A stretch of DNA of 64,000 nucleotides from Sarea resinae. Lineage: Eukaryota. The translations under genes and the position numbers were made by a program. The DNA lies in the NCBI GenBank assembly GCA_026026165.1, contig JAPEUD010000034.1, forward strand, positions 62,001 through 126,000, written 5' to 3'. Within the stretch, counting starts at the first letter, position 1. Every line of letters begins with the position of its first letter. Below the pieces are notes generated by a model that saw only the letters and a program-made list of their open reading frames with translations, searched no databases and was not told the DNA's origin. Below, in pieces: positions 12,463 to 24,706 of this stretch.

Positions 12463-13682
12463 TCAATTCTCCTTCTCGGTCGTGGTACCGACTCCGTCCT
12501 TGCGCTCAGCGGTACTTCGTGCGTCGGCGCTGGCTTTGCTAAATTGCCTCCACAGATCCGCCACCTCGTCCTTGTTCTCGTTCTTCTCGGTGATGAGGTT
12601 CTTCAACCACTTGTTCTCCATCTCCAATTGGCCGATGCGCGCCTCGAGGGCCGAGCATTTGTCCGTCATCTCCTTGGCCGTCTTCTCCAAGGCCTGTTCT
12701 CGTTGCTTCTTCTTCACTCGGAAGCGAGCGCTCGCGGCCGTGTTGCGACGACGCTTGTCCTCCTCGGCCGCGTGGCGGGAAGCGTCCTCGAGTGAGTGGC
12801 GGTCGTGTGGATCCAGAATGGAATCCGCCTTGCGCTTGTCGCCCGTAATGGGACCGACTAAGCTAGACGTAGGCGAGCTCGCCGTCGTGTCGAGGGAGTG
12901 AGGGTATGGCCCGGTTTGGATGGGAGCCACGGCAGGGGACCCGTTCGGGAGGACATTCGAAAAGCCCGAGAAATCTTGGTATTGACCTGCTGACGCCAGA
13001 TTGCTTGTCAGTGAACGGTCATTGCTTGTCTTCTCCCACACAGGGCGCGTTGGCTTCTTTCAATCAACAAAGGACGACTGTTGTGATGGGGGTCATGGGG
13101 GATCACGGGGAGTTGCGTGCTCGCCTAAGCGAACAAAGCAACTCCGCACTGACGACTCGCAACGACGAATCAACGATGTGAGGGTAAGGATGGATGCGAT
13201 GCAGAGACAGGCATAGCAGATGAGACCTGGTCATGAACGCAGTGACGGGTCACCTCATCGCATGCGGCATCGAGAGCGATTCGCTGCGTGGGCGTGGAAT
13301 TGAGGAGAAACGGGGCATGATGCCAGTGAAGAGTATCGCGATGCAAAGATCGCCAGTGCTGTAGAAAATGTCCAGATGCAACCGTCGAGAGGGTTTCCTT
13401 ACCATTCATGAAATCCATGCCCTTCTGATTGTGCCTCTGCGCAGCCGCATTCTCCCTCCTCGCACGCTCTTCGCGGGCAGCGTCATAGTCCGTGGTCACG
13501 CCCTCGGGTGGCTCGACGATATCAAAATCGAAGAATTGGGTGTTGGTGAACATGGCGAGATCGTCTTCGAGGTTGAACGACTCGGGCTGCTGAGTCGCAA
13601 TGTCCTGGGGAGACGGAATGGTGTTGAGGTTCGCAATGTATTGCGACACGTTGGGGCCACGACGGCCGGGAAAGTTCGACAT
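12463..13682 (-). CDS. metR: bZIP sulfur-regulon transcription factor (MetR/CYS-3 family)
   Basis: N-terminal GRRGPNVSQYIANLN and LAMFTNTQFFDFD motifs; bZIP AAEEDKRRRNTAASARFRVKKKQREQALE...LEMENKWLKNLITEK. One 416-nt intron, 13402-12987 (GTAAGG..CTGAC..CAG). Confidence 0.92.
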
Positions 13683-16164
13683 CGTGGCGGCGATCGGAAC
13701 GACCTCTGTCGCTATTTCGCTGGATGCCTCCTCGCTATGGTCTATGGTTTATGGTCGAAGATGTCGAGGATTGCGACTGAGCCTGGTGCGCCGGGTGTTC
13801 GCTCGACACGGCCGATGAGAACTCTGCAGAGAGCCTTCGTCCGGTCGGCAGGGCTGCGATGATCGAGTCGCAGACCCTCTGTCGCGAAGAGTGTTGGTCG
13901 TGATCTCTAATCGAGGGTCGTTTGGTCGTGGATGCGAAACGGTGTAAATGGAAGGGTGAGAAGAGCGTGCGTGTGAGAGCGAGAAGATGCAAGTCTTTCT
14001 CTCCGTCTTGGTCCTCTCGGTGGGGTTCGCCCCACCGTCCGTTTGATTTGTCGCGCTATCATCACCATTACCAATGGGGCTGCCATGGCGCTACGGCGGG
14101 GCGACTCGACGGGGAGTACTCCACCGGTCTCGAGCCCGTACTCGAGCGTGCTCTCGCGGCGGCATTGTCCGCAAGAGGTACGATGTGCATGATCTCCGCG
14201 ACTTGCCGAGTACCCCCTCTCGCCGTACCTCCGCGCTCACCTCGTACACGCCCGGCACCTCTGCCGGAGCCCGATCAGATAGAGTAATCCGGGGGTGACT
14301 AATCATCTGGAAGAGGCAGCTCAGTCCTGCTCTCCCCGCGCTATTCTCCGACTATTCCCTTTCTCCTTCACCCTCCCCGATTTCCTTTACGTTTCCCATC
14401 TGCGCTGTTTCCTCGCCGTGGCATCTCCTCTGTTTGCTGGCTGTTCTTGCAAGCCACCGCGGGATGCGTGAGTGCTATTGTTGTCGGCGTCTCATGATCA
14501 TCACCGGGTGCGCACGCGGTGTGGAAGACGGCGACGGCGAGTGAGCCGTCTCTACGGCCTCATGGTGGTGTGCGATATTGTCGTCGTTGCTTTTGGTGTC
14601 TCAAGGAAACGAAGTGCGGCTTTATCGACTTCATGACCGGGTATCTTCCTTGACGCTGAACGTGGGAAACTACTTGCACGCAGGTCTCGACGAAAGTCGA
14701 CATGGCGTGGTTCACCGTGTCCGGTATCGGCCCAGGATCGGCTCTTGATCACCAGAGTCAGAGTACTGACCGGATCCGTGGACTAATCGTCTATCTCCAT
14801 TAACATCCAGATCAATGCCATAATCAGTGATCGGTATTATCCCTTTCCAGATCTCAGATGGTGTCCTTATCAATTTCTTCATCGGCGCGAATCTCAGCCG
14901 CTTGTCTTACTCAGCAGCCAACGGTTCACTTGTCCTTGCTTGAACAAGCTCTCAGGTCCCCTTCTCCTCTCCTGTTGCACAAGAGTCTTAGCTCAAGGGA
15001 TGCTGTTCGTACTATGTAGTCATTCGTTTCTAAATTCCCCTTTTCCCACGAAATCGTCTCGATGTTTGCTCTAGGTCCTTGCAATTGCAGTTTTTCTAAA
15101 CTCATCAGCCACCAGCCTGGTTATCCTGCGTTCATTTCTCCACTAAACAGCTGCATGGTGGTCCGTCTGAACATATATATCATTTCTTCGAACTTGCATT
15201 ACAACCGTTGCAAGGGTACCTGCATAATATAGGACGCTTGCGCTGTGTAACGGCCAGGCTGCACCTGCTCTGCGGGGTGTCTCGTTAGCAAGACGGAGCC
15301 TGGATCCGCCGACTCGCGTCTATCTTGAAGTGAACTGATAGTAGGCAAGTCGATGTGCAAGTTTCATCTTGCTACACAGAGAATCTGCTGCGTCCTCGGA
15401 GCATTTTTGCTTTTAGGATCTATCTTGTTCTCTCGAGTTGCAGCTCCACGGACGCCCTCTGGTCGGATTGCAGCTTGGGCTGCCGCCGTCTGTACGGATT
15501 ACACAGGCATGAGATGTGCAACAGAACCGTCTATCACATTTGCTTTTATACGGGAGCAAACACCGTCCCAGCCTCTCCGAGAGGTTCTACAAGCATGGCT
15601 ACAGATCTGCGGATCAGCTCCCGGGAATCTAATGTCCACGGTCCAGACCCGACCCGAGAGGTCCTGATCCTGGGGACCTTGCAGCTTGCACCCCTTCGCC
15701 ATGACACCAAGTTTTTGATGATATCGTCATGCATAATCCATCATGCAACAAGAACAATTGTCCAGCCCGAACTTGTGTGGCCAGCGACGACCGATTCCCA
15801 ACCATTTCATGGCTGGTCATGTAACCCTGCGGCATGGTCTCTGAGAAGCGAGCGATGTGTTGAAGCTCGGCGGGAAGGTGCAGAATCGATATTTTAGATC
15901 TACTGATTCGTCTCTGGTGACCGGATGGAGTCCTCCCTTTTCAGATGTGATGTCGTATACAGATTGATGAGCATTAACTATGCAGTCTAGTTCCAGTCCT
16001 CCCAACACCAAACTTCCAAGGCCAAAACCCTATAAAAGGGGCCTCCCTATCGCCCAACCCCACATACCTTCGGCATCTTCTCTCCAGTCATCAGTCTTGC
16101 CTCTCCATACCTCATCTAAACCCACCCTAATCATCCGGCCCAAAACGAGCACCGTCAATCCAAA

Positions 16165-16827
16165 ATGCGCATCTCGCTCGCATCCCTTCTCTTCGCGGCT
16201 TCCCTCACTCCCCTCACCCTTGCAACGCCCATCTACGGCCCAGCAGCAGGAGGGATCTCCAAACTGCTCGCCGAGTACTCCTCTCCGCAGACTGCCTCCT
16301 CGAACGGAACGGTGACCTCCTCCTTCAACTACCTCGATATGCCCACGCCCTCGGCACGCGAACACTTCGGCCACTCCTTCTCTGGCGAAGAAGAACATAC
16401 CGCACCGCCGACCGCGATTCCCACGGGCGGTTTCTCCGGCGGTCTCTCTGAAGGCGGCGGTGGCTTCGTGAAGGAGCGCGATGCCATGCCCGCGCCCGCG
16501 CCCGAGCCCGAGCCTGCGCCTGTGCCACAGCCGATCACCCCTCCTCATGGACCCGGCGGTGTCGCGAGCTTCCTCAAGGCCTACAGCAGCGGCTACACGT
16601 ACAACGGGAGTGTAGCCGGCGGGGCTGCTGGTGGCGGTGCAGCTGCTCACGGCTTTGGTGCCGGATCGGCCAGACCAACTGGTCCCCCTGCTGGTGGGTT
16701 TGGCGGCGGTGCTGCGGGCGGGTTCGGTGGTGCTGGCGGGGCGGGAGGCTTTGCTATCCCGACTGGCGGAGCTGTGGGCAGTGTACCCGGTGCTGGTAAG
16801 TTTGGCGGCGGCGGTGCTGGGTTCTAG
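16165..16827 (+). CDS. Secreted Gly/Ala/Pro-rich protein, probable processed precursor
   Basis: Signal peptide MRISLASLLFAASLTPLTLA, TATAAAA at 16031, AAAATG start context, C-ending codon bias, no Cys. Confidence 0.85.
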   Translation: MRISLASLLFAASLTPLTLATPIYGPAAGGISKLLAEYSSPQTASSNGTVTSSFNYLDMPTPSAREHFGHSFSGEEEHTAPPTAIPTGGFSGGLSEGGGGFVKERDAMPAPAPEPEPAPVPQPITPPHGPGGVASFLKAYSSGYTYNGSVAGGAAGGGAAAHGFGAGSARPTGPPAGGFGGGAAGGFGGAGGAGGFAIPTGGAVGSVPGAGKFGGGGAGF

Positions 16828-17505
16828 GGTTCTGGGGTGAGGGAGGGATGGCATGGCTATGGCTTGTGGGAATTGATTCTTGCACGCTTAGATAGGGGTG
16901 GGAGAGAGCTCTCGCGAGTCTCGAGCCTCCCATTGTCCATTGTCTATTGTCCATTGTCTACTGCCCACTGCGCTACTCGATAAAGCCTACATAGATCAGG
17001 CCTGCTGATAATGAAGAAACGAAAATGGAATAGAAATTCAAAGTATGGCTTGTCTTCCTGATGACTCTCATTCACGGGTCATTCTGAGAAAGTCGGAGAT
17101 CAGGATGCATTCAACTTCCTTCTCTATTCTCCACATGTCACTGGGTAGATGGGAGATATTGTCAAGGCAACGTGAGTAATAATGCAAGCCATTTTCCTTC
17201 GTGGAATTATTTACACATATGAAGATCGGAAGTAGTTAGAGTGGCCCTATTGCTGTAGCGGGCAGCGTCATTTGGGGATGGTAAGCGAGTGCTACTCCTA
17301 TGTCATCCCTGTCGCAGCTCTTGGATGCTGTGATGAATCCTCTCGGGTGATCTCATGCGCTTTGTCCAATGCCAATGCTGCCTCTGCTCCTGAATATCAC
17401 GAACAGTCTCGAATTCATAGTCTTCAATTGATTCCCATGCGGGAAGCCTCATAGCCCTTTTGCTTCTCAATCGAGTCCGGCTCACTTCTACGGGCAGTCA
17501 CAGCA

Positions 17506-18433
17506 ATGGCTGGGGGGACCCGGAACAGCCGCTTCGTGGTCTTTATCATCACCGCCTCAGCTCTGATCACATTTCTATTCATCTCTGCCTTTCGGAGCCA
17601 GCCCGAGGGGACCCGCCACCCGAATAATGTCGAGCCGACTATTCCGGACCTCCCTGACGTCCCCGACACTCCTTTCATCATAGACGACAACACCTTTACT
17701 GGGCCTGTCATCATGCCAAAATTGGGAAACGAGACGGTCAAGTGAGTGGCCAAGCAGACCCGGAAGAGGTCTGATACGTAGAAAGCATGACTGACGCGTA
17801 GGGATCCATGTAGGGCAGAGCTGGGACGGGCGACCTGGAAATTTCTCCACACGACTTTCGCCCGGTTTCCGGAAAAGCCATCGGCGGAAGAGAGCTCGGC
17901 CTTGCAAGCATTCATCCATCTCTTTGCGAGATTATATCCCTGGTAGGACATGTCGCAATCCGAACCAACGGACGCAGCTGACGTCTTCTAGCGGCGAATG
18001 CGCCCAACACTTCAGTAAGATGCTTGAGGATTACCCGCCGCAAGTCTCGTCTCGGTCCGCCGCGGCAGCGTGGGGTTGTCACGTCCACAACGAGGTCAAC
18101 AAGCGACTGCACAAGGACTTGTTTGACTGTTCGAAGATTGGAGATTTCTACGACTGCGGATGCGCGGATGATGAGCCGGGCGCAAAGACAAAGACAGCTT
18201 CGGTGAGCGATCTGCGCCTGCCCATGGATCATTCCGGGGCAGCTCCACCGAGATGAGCTAGGAAAGAAAAAACCGGCTGACGGGTGATGGTCGACGCAAG
18301 TCAAAGGATGATATCCTCAAAGAGGAGGCGACTCCTCTGCGATTAGAGAAGGAGGGGTGAGTTTGCGCGGTGGTATCTAGAGATGGCATGTGCTAATCTG
18401 GGGTCCGGGATCAGCTTGACGAGGGGCGGATGA
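17506..18433 (+). CDS. ERV2: Erv1/Alr-family FAD sulfhydryl oxidase, ER type
   Basis: Signal anchor; MPKLGNETVKAELGRATWKFLH, LYPCGECAQHF (CxxC), HNEVNKRLHK, YDCGC. Introns 17742-17813, 17943-17991 and probably 18203-18300 and 18357-18414, giving a C-terminus LEKEGLTRGG. The last two introns are less certain. Confidence 0.9.
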
Positions 18434-19101
18434 TGGATCATGAGTGATGGATCATCGTGGATGGTTGGCCATGTGCCGGTTTGGGACGCGTGATCGATTT
18501 GGCTTATCGCGGGATTGGGACTTTGTTGATACGGAAAACAGGATCAGCGATGGCGTTGAGGATCAGTACATTCGACTCTGTTGATCGACGGCGACATATC
18601 AGAAGGGGGGGAAGGGGGTGGATATCCTCATTCTGCTACTATTGCGGGTGAAGCAGTAGGAGTAGCTGTATCAATATCATATCATCACATCGTATCATAT
18701 CCGACTCGGATCGATATCCGCGCACGACTCTGTCTGCAGTCAACAATCCGGGTTGTCTCAGGGTAATTGTGCGACCTTGTATCCATGCATTTCCTTGCCG
18801 TTGTCTGGCTCAGCCATGTAGGAGATTCTCCCTCGTTGCCCCTCGCTCTCGTCTAAGCGAATGCGACAAAACAACAAAAGAGGAAATCTTCAATCTTCAA
18901 GCCCCATTCTTCTTCGATCATTGGTGCCCTTAAACATCGATCCATCCGCTGCCGCTGCCGCCGCCGCCTTCTCGATCCCTCCTCTTTTCTCTTCTACCCC
19001 TGGGAGACAAACCCCTCTGATAGCCCTTTGTTTTTTTCCCATTCTCCTGGCCTTTCTCCTATCTTCGTTGTCCGCATCGTTGCCCTGATCTCGCGAGCGC
19101 C

Positions 19102-20860
19102 ATGGTCTCCTTTTCGTGCGAGGTAATTGCTGGACCCGATGGACGCGATCATTGGTTTTGAGAGGTGTATTCTGACTCGGACAGAGTTGCGGCGACGTGC
19201 TCACGAAGAAGAAACTCGATGCGCATCGAAATCAATGCCGGGGCGCTACCTACACCTGCTTGGATTGCATGGTCCACTTTCGAGGAACAGAATACAGGGC
19301 CCACACAGTACGTTGTCTTTCTCGATACAATAACACGCGCTATCAAATCAGAACTCATTCTCCGCGAGTACCGAACTTTTTTTCTCATCATCTCTCACCA
19401 TTCGTTCGGCCGCTCCGCCAATCCAGCCGCTGACAATCTCATCGCAGAGCTGCATTAGCGAAGCCCAGAAATACCAAGGCGCTCTCTACAAGCCCGAGAA
19501 GGGCAAAAAGGGTAAACAGGCACAGGCACAGGCACAGGCACCGCAGTCGACGGCACTGGTATCGAAAAAGGCCTACGTGGAAGATGCGCCCGACCCGGAC
19601 TCTGGCGCCGTCGCCGTCGTCAGCGCGCCTCCTCGAGCTCCAAGTCCTCCGGCCGCCGTCAACGTCTTCGACTTTCTCGTGACAGACGACACACCAAATG
19701 CGTCGCGCGTGTCGCTGGCGCCACCCAAGGAGCAGATGAGCATGATCCGAGGCGCGCCAGCCGTTTTCTCCAACGGCGGCGACGGCAACGGCAAGCCCGC
19801 CCTAGAAGAGACCGACTACGCCTACGGCTCCGATCCCATCTCCGTACACGCCGAACAGCATGCATTGTCAGTCAATGATGCGCCACCGAAACCAGAAGCC
19901 TACACGACGCCGGCGTCCAAATCGCGCGATCCGGCCGCTCGAACCAAGACGCCCAAGGGAAGCAAAAGCGACAAGAAGCGCAAGCGCCAACACCCAGACG
20001 AGCTCGACCTCTCCATGCACCGGCCCGCCGCCGCTGCTACCACCACTCCCGCCGCACGGCCAACAGCAGGGGTCGACGACGAGATCATGACCGACGCCCC
20101 GCCAATCCTGCACTCGGGCCTGACCGGCGGACTCAACCGGCTCATGCGCGGCACCGAGTTCCCGCCCTCGCCGGACTACTCGGGTGTCGACGACGCGCGG
20201 GACGGCATGGCGCTCATCAGCCCGGTCAAACGCACCAAGAACTCGGCCACTACTACCACGGTCACGACGTACGGCATCAAAGACGACAAGCGCGGCAGCG
20301 AGCGAGAACGAGAACGAGAAAGAGGACAGCGCACCTCCTCGGGCCAGACGAGCAGCACGCGCAAATCATCGCACACGACGACCACCAGCGCGGGCGGAGC
20401 CGGGTCCGACACGCGCGAGCACAAATCCAAACATCGTCGTCGCCATCACCATCGCGACCGGGAAGATTCGTCTCGGTCGTCGTCACACCGGGCCCATGCT
20501 GCGCTTCCGCCGCCGCGCCCACTCAAAGCCATCGAATACCATCCTTCATCCTCGAACCACGCGGCCGATGCCGACGCCGACGCAGACAGCGCGGACGCGG
20601 ATAACGCCCTGATCCTGTATCGCAGGCAGAAGACGACGCCCGCAGCAGCCGCAGACCTCTTCACGTCACTCGTGACCAAGGGGCCCGATAGTGAGCGCGG
20701 CCTCAGCGTGCACAAGGTGCTGAAGCGCTATCATCGGGAACGCGGGGACCGTGGGTACGGCGGAGGAGGGGGAGGATCTCGCGCCGAGGAGGAACGGGAA
20801 TTGTGGCAGACGTTACGACTTCGGCGGAATGAGAGGGGCGAGGTGGTGGTGTTTTTTTAG
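19102..20860 (+). CDS. LYAR-type C2HC zinc-finger nucleolar protein
   Basis: MVSFSCE|SCGDVLTKKKLDAHRNQCRGATYTCLDCMVHF...YRAHT|SCISEAQKYQGALYK. Introns 19123-19184 and 19308-19447. Confidence 0.92.
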
Positions 20861-21288
20861 CGGACATGCCTTTACCTGCCTTGGCTGCCTTGTCTCTGGA
20901 GCATTCTTTTACTTTTTTAAGCTTTTAATTTCCATTTCCATTTCCTTTCCGATGAGAGAGGTGAACAAGCGGGAGCAGATGGACAGATGGATAATATTCA
21001 CCTTAATATTCCTCGTCGGGTTTTCCGTCGATTGACTGATTTGATTGTGTAAGAAGCTGCTTACTAAGGCACTGGATGTTTACCCCTCCACGCTCTCGCT
21101 ATCGGATTCTGCCCCGCGCGAGTGGAACCTTAGAAATCGCAAATATGAGTCGATGACACGATGAGACGATGACTTCAGGATCGCGACTCTGAATCGCAGG
21201 CAATCATCTCGCCGTCCACACTTTTATATCTCCAAACCTCTTCATCCCACTCACTGTCGTCTCATCTGCAGCTAGAAATCCCGCCAAG

Positions 21289-22030
21289 ATGCTCGCCAGC
21301 CCGCTGAACATGCCGAAATGGTAAGGCCTCATCTACCACCCTTTCGCCGTCTGGCTGGCGTGGCTGACAGGACCAAACATGGCCGACGCCCCAGGCTGGA
21401 GGAGAACTCTCACCTGCTGCAACCGCCCATCAACAACTACTGCGTCTACAACAAAGATGTGACCGTCATGGTATTTCTCGTCTCCCTCCGCCTGCCCACC
21501 CACCTCGACTCCTCCGCCGCCCTCGTCGCTAACCACCTTGTCTTCCCTCTCTCCAGATCGTCGGCGGCCCCAACGCGCGAACCGACTACCACATCAACCC
21601 CACAGCCGAATGGTTCTACCAGTACCGCGGCACGATGCTGCTGAAAGTCATCGACACGGACGACTCCCAGCCCGGCGCGCCCACCGTGTTCCGCGACATC
21701 TACATCCACGAGGGCGACATGTTCCTGCTGCCGCCCAACACGCCGCACAACCCGGTGCGGTTCGCCGACACGGTCGGCATTGTGCTGGAGCAGCCGCGGC
21801 CGGCGGCCTCGGTCGACCGCCTGCGCTGGTACTGTCAGCAGTGTCGCCACGTCGTCCACGAGGCCGCGTTCCATTGCACCGATCTGGGCACCCAGGTCAA
21901 GGAGGCCGTGAATGCTTTTAGGGATGATTTGGAGAGCCGGAAGTGTGGGCATTGTGGCGCGCTGTGTGCGATGACGCCCCAGTCGTCGTCGTCGGCGGCG
22001 GCGGCGGAACCGGTATCGCAGACTGCTTGA
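21289..22030 (+). CDS. BNA1: 3-hydroxyanthranilate 3,4-dioxygenase (kynurenine pathway)
   Basis: [15 protein letters not shown]...[36 protein letters not shown], rubredoxin-like CQQC/CGHC. Introns 21321-21394 and 21471-21556. Confidence 0.96.
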
Positions 22031-22079
22031 GGGGAGGCTGCGTTGTGCGTTTCTTCTCGGGCATGTATTCTAGAATCTA

Positions 22080-23720
22080 TTATGATTATCACCACCACCA
22101 CCATCACCGTCGCCATCACCACCACCATCTCTACCATCATCGCGACAACGAACGTCAGGGCTATTCCACCTCACCATCACCATCACGCTCACCGTCACCC
22201 TATCCTTCCCCTTCTTTTCCTTCAATTTAACAGGTAAGATACATCCATGTCGCCTATCCCACATGAGCAAGCAACTGCCCAGGGCCACCAGGACTTATTG
22301 CACCATGCACACATTGAACACAGTCCAACAATTGAAGATTTGGAGTTTGCGGCTTGGTCTTTGGGATTTGGTCTGGGATTGGGATCTGGTTTGGATTGGG
22401 GGGAGCTTAGAATGCCCGCCTACTTATTCTACTTCCCTACCACCAGACCTCTCTCTCTCTCTCTCTCTCTCTACATCTACTACAACCCCATACCCATTCC
22501 CATATTCCCATACCCATACCTTTATCCCATTGCTATACCCATATCCACATCCACATCCACTCCCATACAACATCCCCATCGTCCCCAGCATCACCCCGTG
22601 TGCCCGCCAGGAAGCCCCAAATCCCAGCATCCTAAACCCCCCAAACTCCCAAGCCCCCAAACCCCCAAACCCTCTCGAGTATTCTCACAAGGACCCACTC
22701 TACAAAAACCCGAAGTCCAACGTCCAACGTTCCCCCACGGCCCGTCCTGCACTTTTTTTCTTTGCTTTTCTTTCTCCGAGATAGTGTCGCTGCCGCTTGG
22801 TTTTCGCTACTGTTTGGATGCTGGATGCTGGATGTTCGTGCTGGAGCTGTGGGGGAGGGGGAGGGGCTGAATGGGATAGGGTGCTGGATATGCTCGTGCT
22901 GGATGCTGGATGCTAGGGCTAGAGCTAGAGCTAGAGCTGGTGCTAGAGGGAAGGGGGAAGAGGGAAGAGGGAAGAGGGATGGGTGGATGCTGGTTGCTGG
23001 ATGGGAGATGGAAGGGAGATGGAAGGGAGAGGTGGGATGGGATGAGAGGGGATGGCACGGTATACACGACTCCAACCAGCACCTCAGCGCCTCTGCCTCA
23101 GTACCTCAGCCTCAGTACCTCACCCACATCAGCCACTCACCACCTCACCACCTCAGCCTCAGCACCTCCGAGTTAGGCTGCTGGGCTGTCGGGGGCCCGC
23201 TGGAGGGCGGCATGCGGTATGCGGTGTGCGGTGTGGCAATCAATCAATATCTGAACATCTGAGCATCTAAGCACCTGAACAGCATCTGCACATCTGCACG
23301 GCGGAACATCTGAACATCTGAACAGCGACGTATGGATCTGAACAGCGCCGGCGGCGAGAACAGAGTAGAACCGAACCTGGAAGTACCTAGTAAGGTACTC
23401 TCCTCTCCTCGAGAGACATCACTTCACTTTCCGTGCATAAGGTAGGTAGGTAGGTAGGTAGGTAGGGAATGCAGATAGAACAACGGATAGATAGATAGAC
23501 AGATAGACAGGCAGGCAGTCAGACGGACAGAGAGACAGTTCTTCTGCGAGCGAGGGCGTCGGGTCGGGGTGGGGGGGCCGGTTCAGCAGACCACGGTGTT
23601 AGGTTGGCAAATCGTGCCGGGACTGGGCTATCTTCCCACGAGACGGCTCGACTCGACTCGACTTGACACGACTCGATTCGACTCGACATGACCTGATTGT
23701 GAAATCAAACTTGCTTTCAT
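22080..23720. repeat. Low-complexity/microsatellite block between convergent BNA1 and cytochrome b5
   Basis: (CAC/CAT)n, (CT)n, (GGATGCT)n, (AGAGCT)n, (CCTCAG)n, (AGGT)n, (GATA/GACA)n and (GACTC)n runs. Confidence 0.9.
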
Positions 23721-24024
23721 TGGATTGCTGCATGCAGCGATAGCGAGACCTTGGGCATGGAGTTGCAGTTGCAGTTGGAGTCCGTAGTCCCGAGTCCGAG
23801 TCCGCAGTCCAGAACTGAAGAATTGAAAGAATTGAAAGAATTCAGAGAAAAAAAACGCTTCGGTATCTATTCAGTGCTAATCAAGAGGTGCAAGCAAGCA
23901 ACCACCCATCCGCCGACTACCTATGTAATCAACTAACCAAGTGACGGACCGATCGAGGGGCCAAACCCTACTTCACTCCGCCACCCCCCCTACCTCCATC
24001 TCTCTCTCCATCTCTCTCTCTCCC

Positions 24025-24706
24025 TCATTGAAGCAGAGCGGCTCCACCTGCAAAGTAGAATCCCCCTGCACCGACCAGGCCGAGCAGGAAGACCAGAATC
24101 CACAGCCAGGGCAAGCCGCCTTTGTTGGCGTTGGGGTCGTATACCGGAAGGGGTTCTTGGTCCTTGGGGACGGGGTCGCCGGGCTGGATGGAAAGATCAA
24201 TTAGAAAAAGCTTTTCTTCTTTCTCTCGGCTTCAGAAGCCCGAGAGCGAGAGAGCGAGCTAGCGAGCGAGCCACAGAGGACCGAGGAAGCTGGGGACCAA
24301 GGACGGGGGTGGGACCAAGGGGCAAAGACAACGAACCCGTCGTAGTAATTCTCCAATGTAGAAATCCTTGCGGATCTCCTTGGCGTCGTCGCTGTGCGGC
24401 AGGCCCTCCCAGACCTCCGTCGCGTCGGTGCCGCCGTTCTCGAGTAGGATGCGCGTGCCGCCTCTGTGGGTGCGCTCTCACGTTAGAAAATTTCTTCGTC
24501 GACCGGAAGGCCAGCAGGGTGGACGGTGGTGAGTGGTGGTCTTAGACAGAGGAATGGGAGACGTACGGATGGTCTTCTAGCCAGCCGTCGACGTCGTACA
24601 CCTTGTCGCGGATGACGAGCCAGATGTCGCCGGGCCGGTTATGTTTGGCGACCTCGTCGTAGGTGACGGGCTTGGCGAGCTGTCTCTTGGGCTTGCGGAC
24701 GACCAT
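24025..24706 (-). CDS. Tail-anchored cytochrome b5-family protein (not in the ORF track)
   Basis: Exons 24706-24567, 24463-24337 and 24183-24025 give MVVRKPKRQLAKPVTYDEVAKHNRPGDIWLVIRDKVYDVDGWLEDHPGGTRILLENGGTDATEVWEGLPHSDDAKEIRKDFYIGEL...PWLWILVFLLGLVGAGGFYFAGGAALLQ. HPGG, the second His and a C-terminal TM anchor are present. Confidence 0.93.

Noticed and set aside
22043..23270. Many overlapping ORFs of 64-207 aa
   Set aside because: Translations are simple-repeat artefacts (poly-H, SLSL, ARAR) of the microsatellite block.
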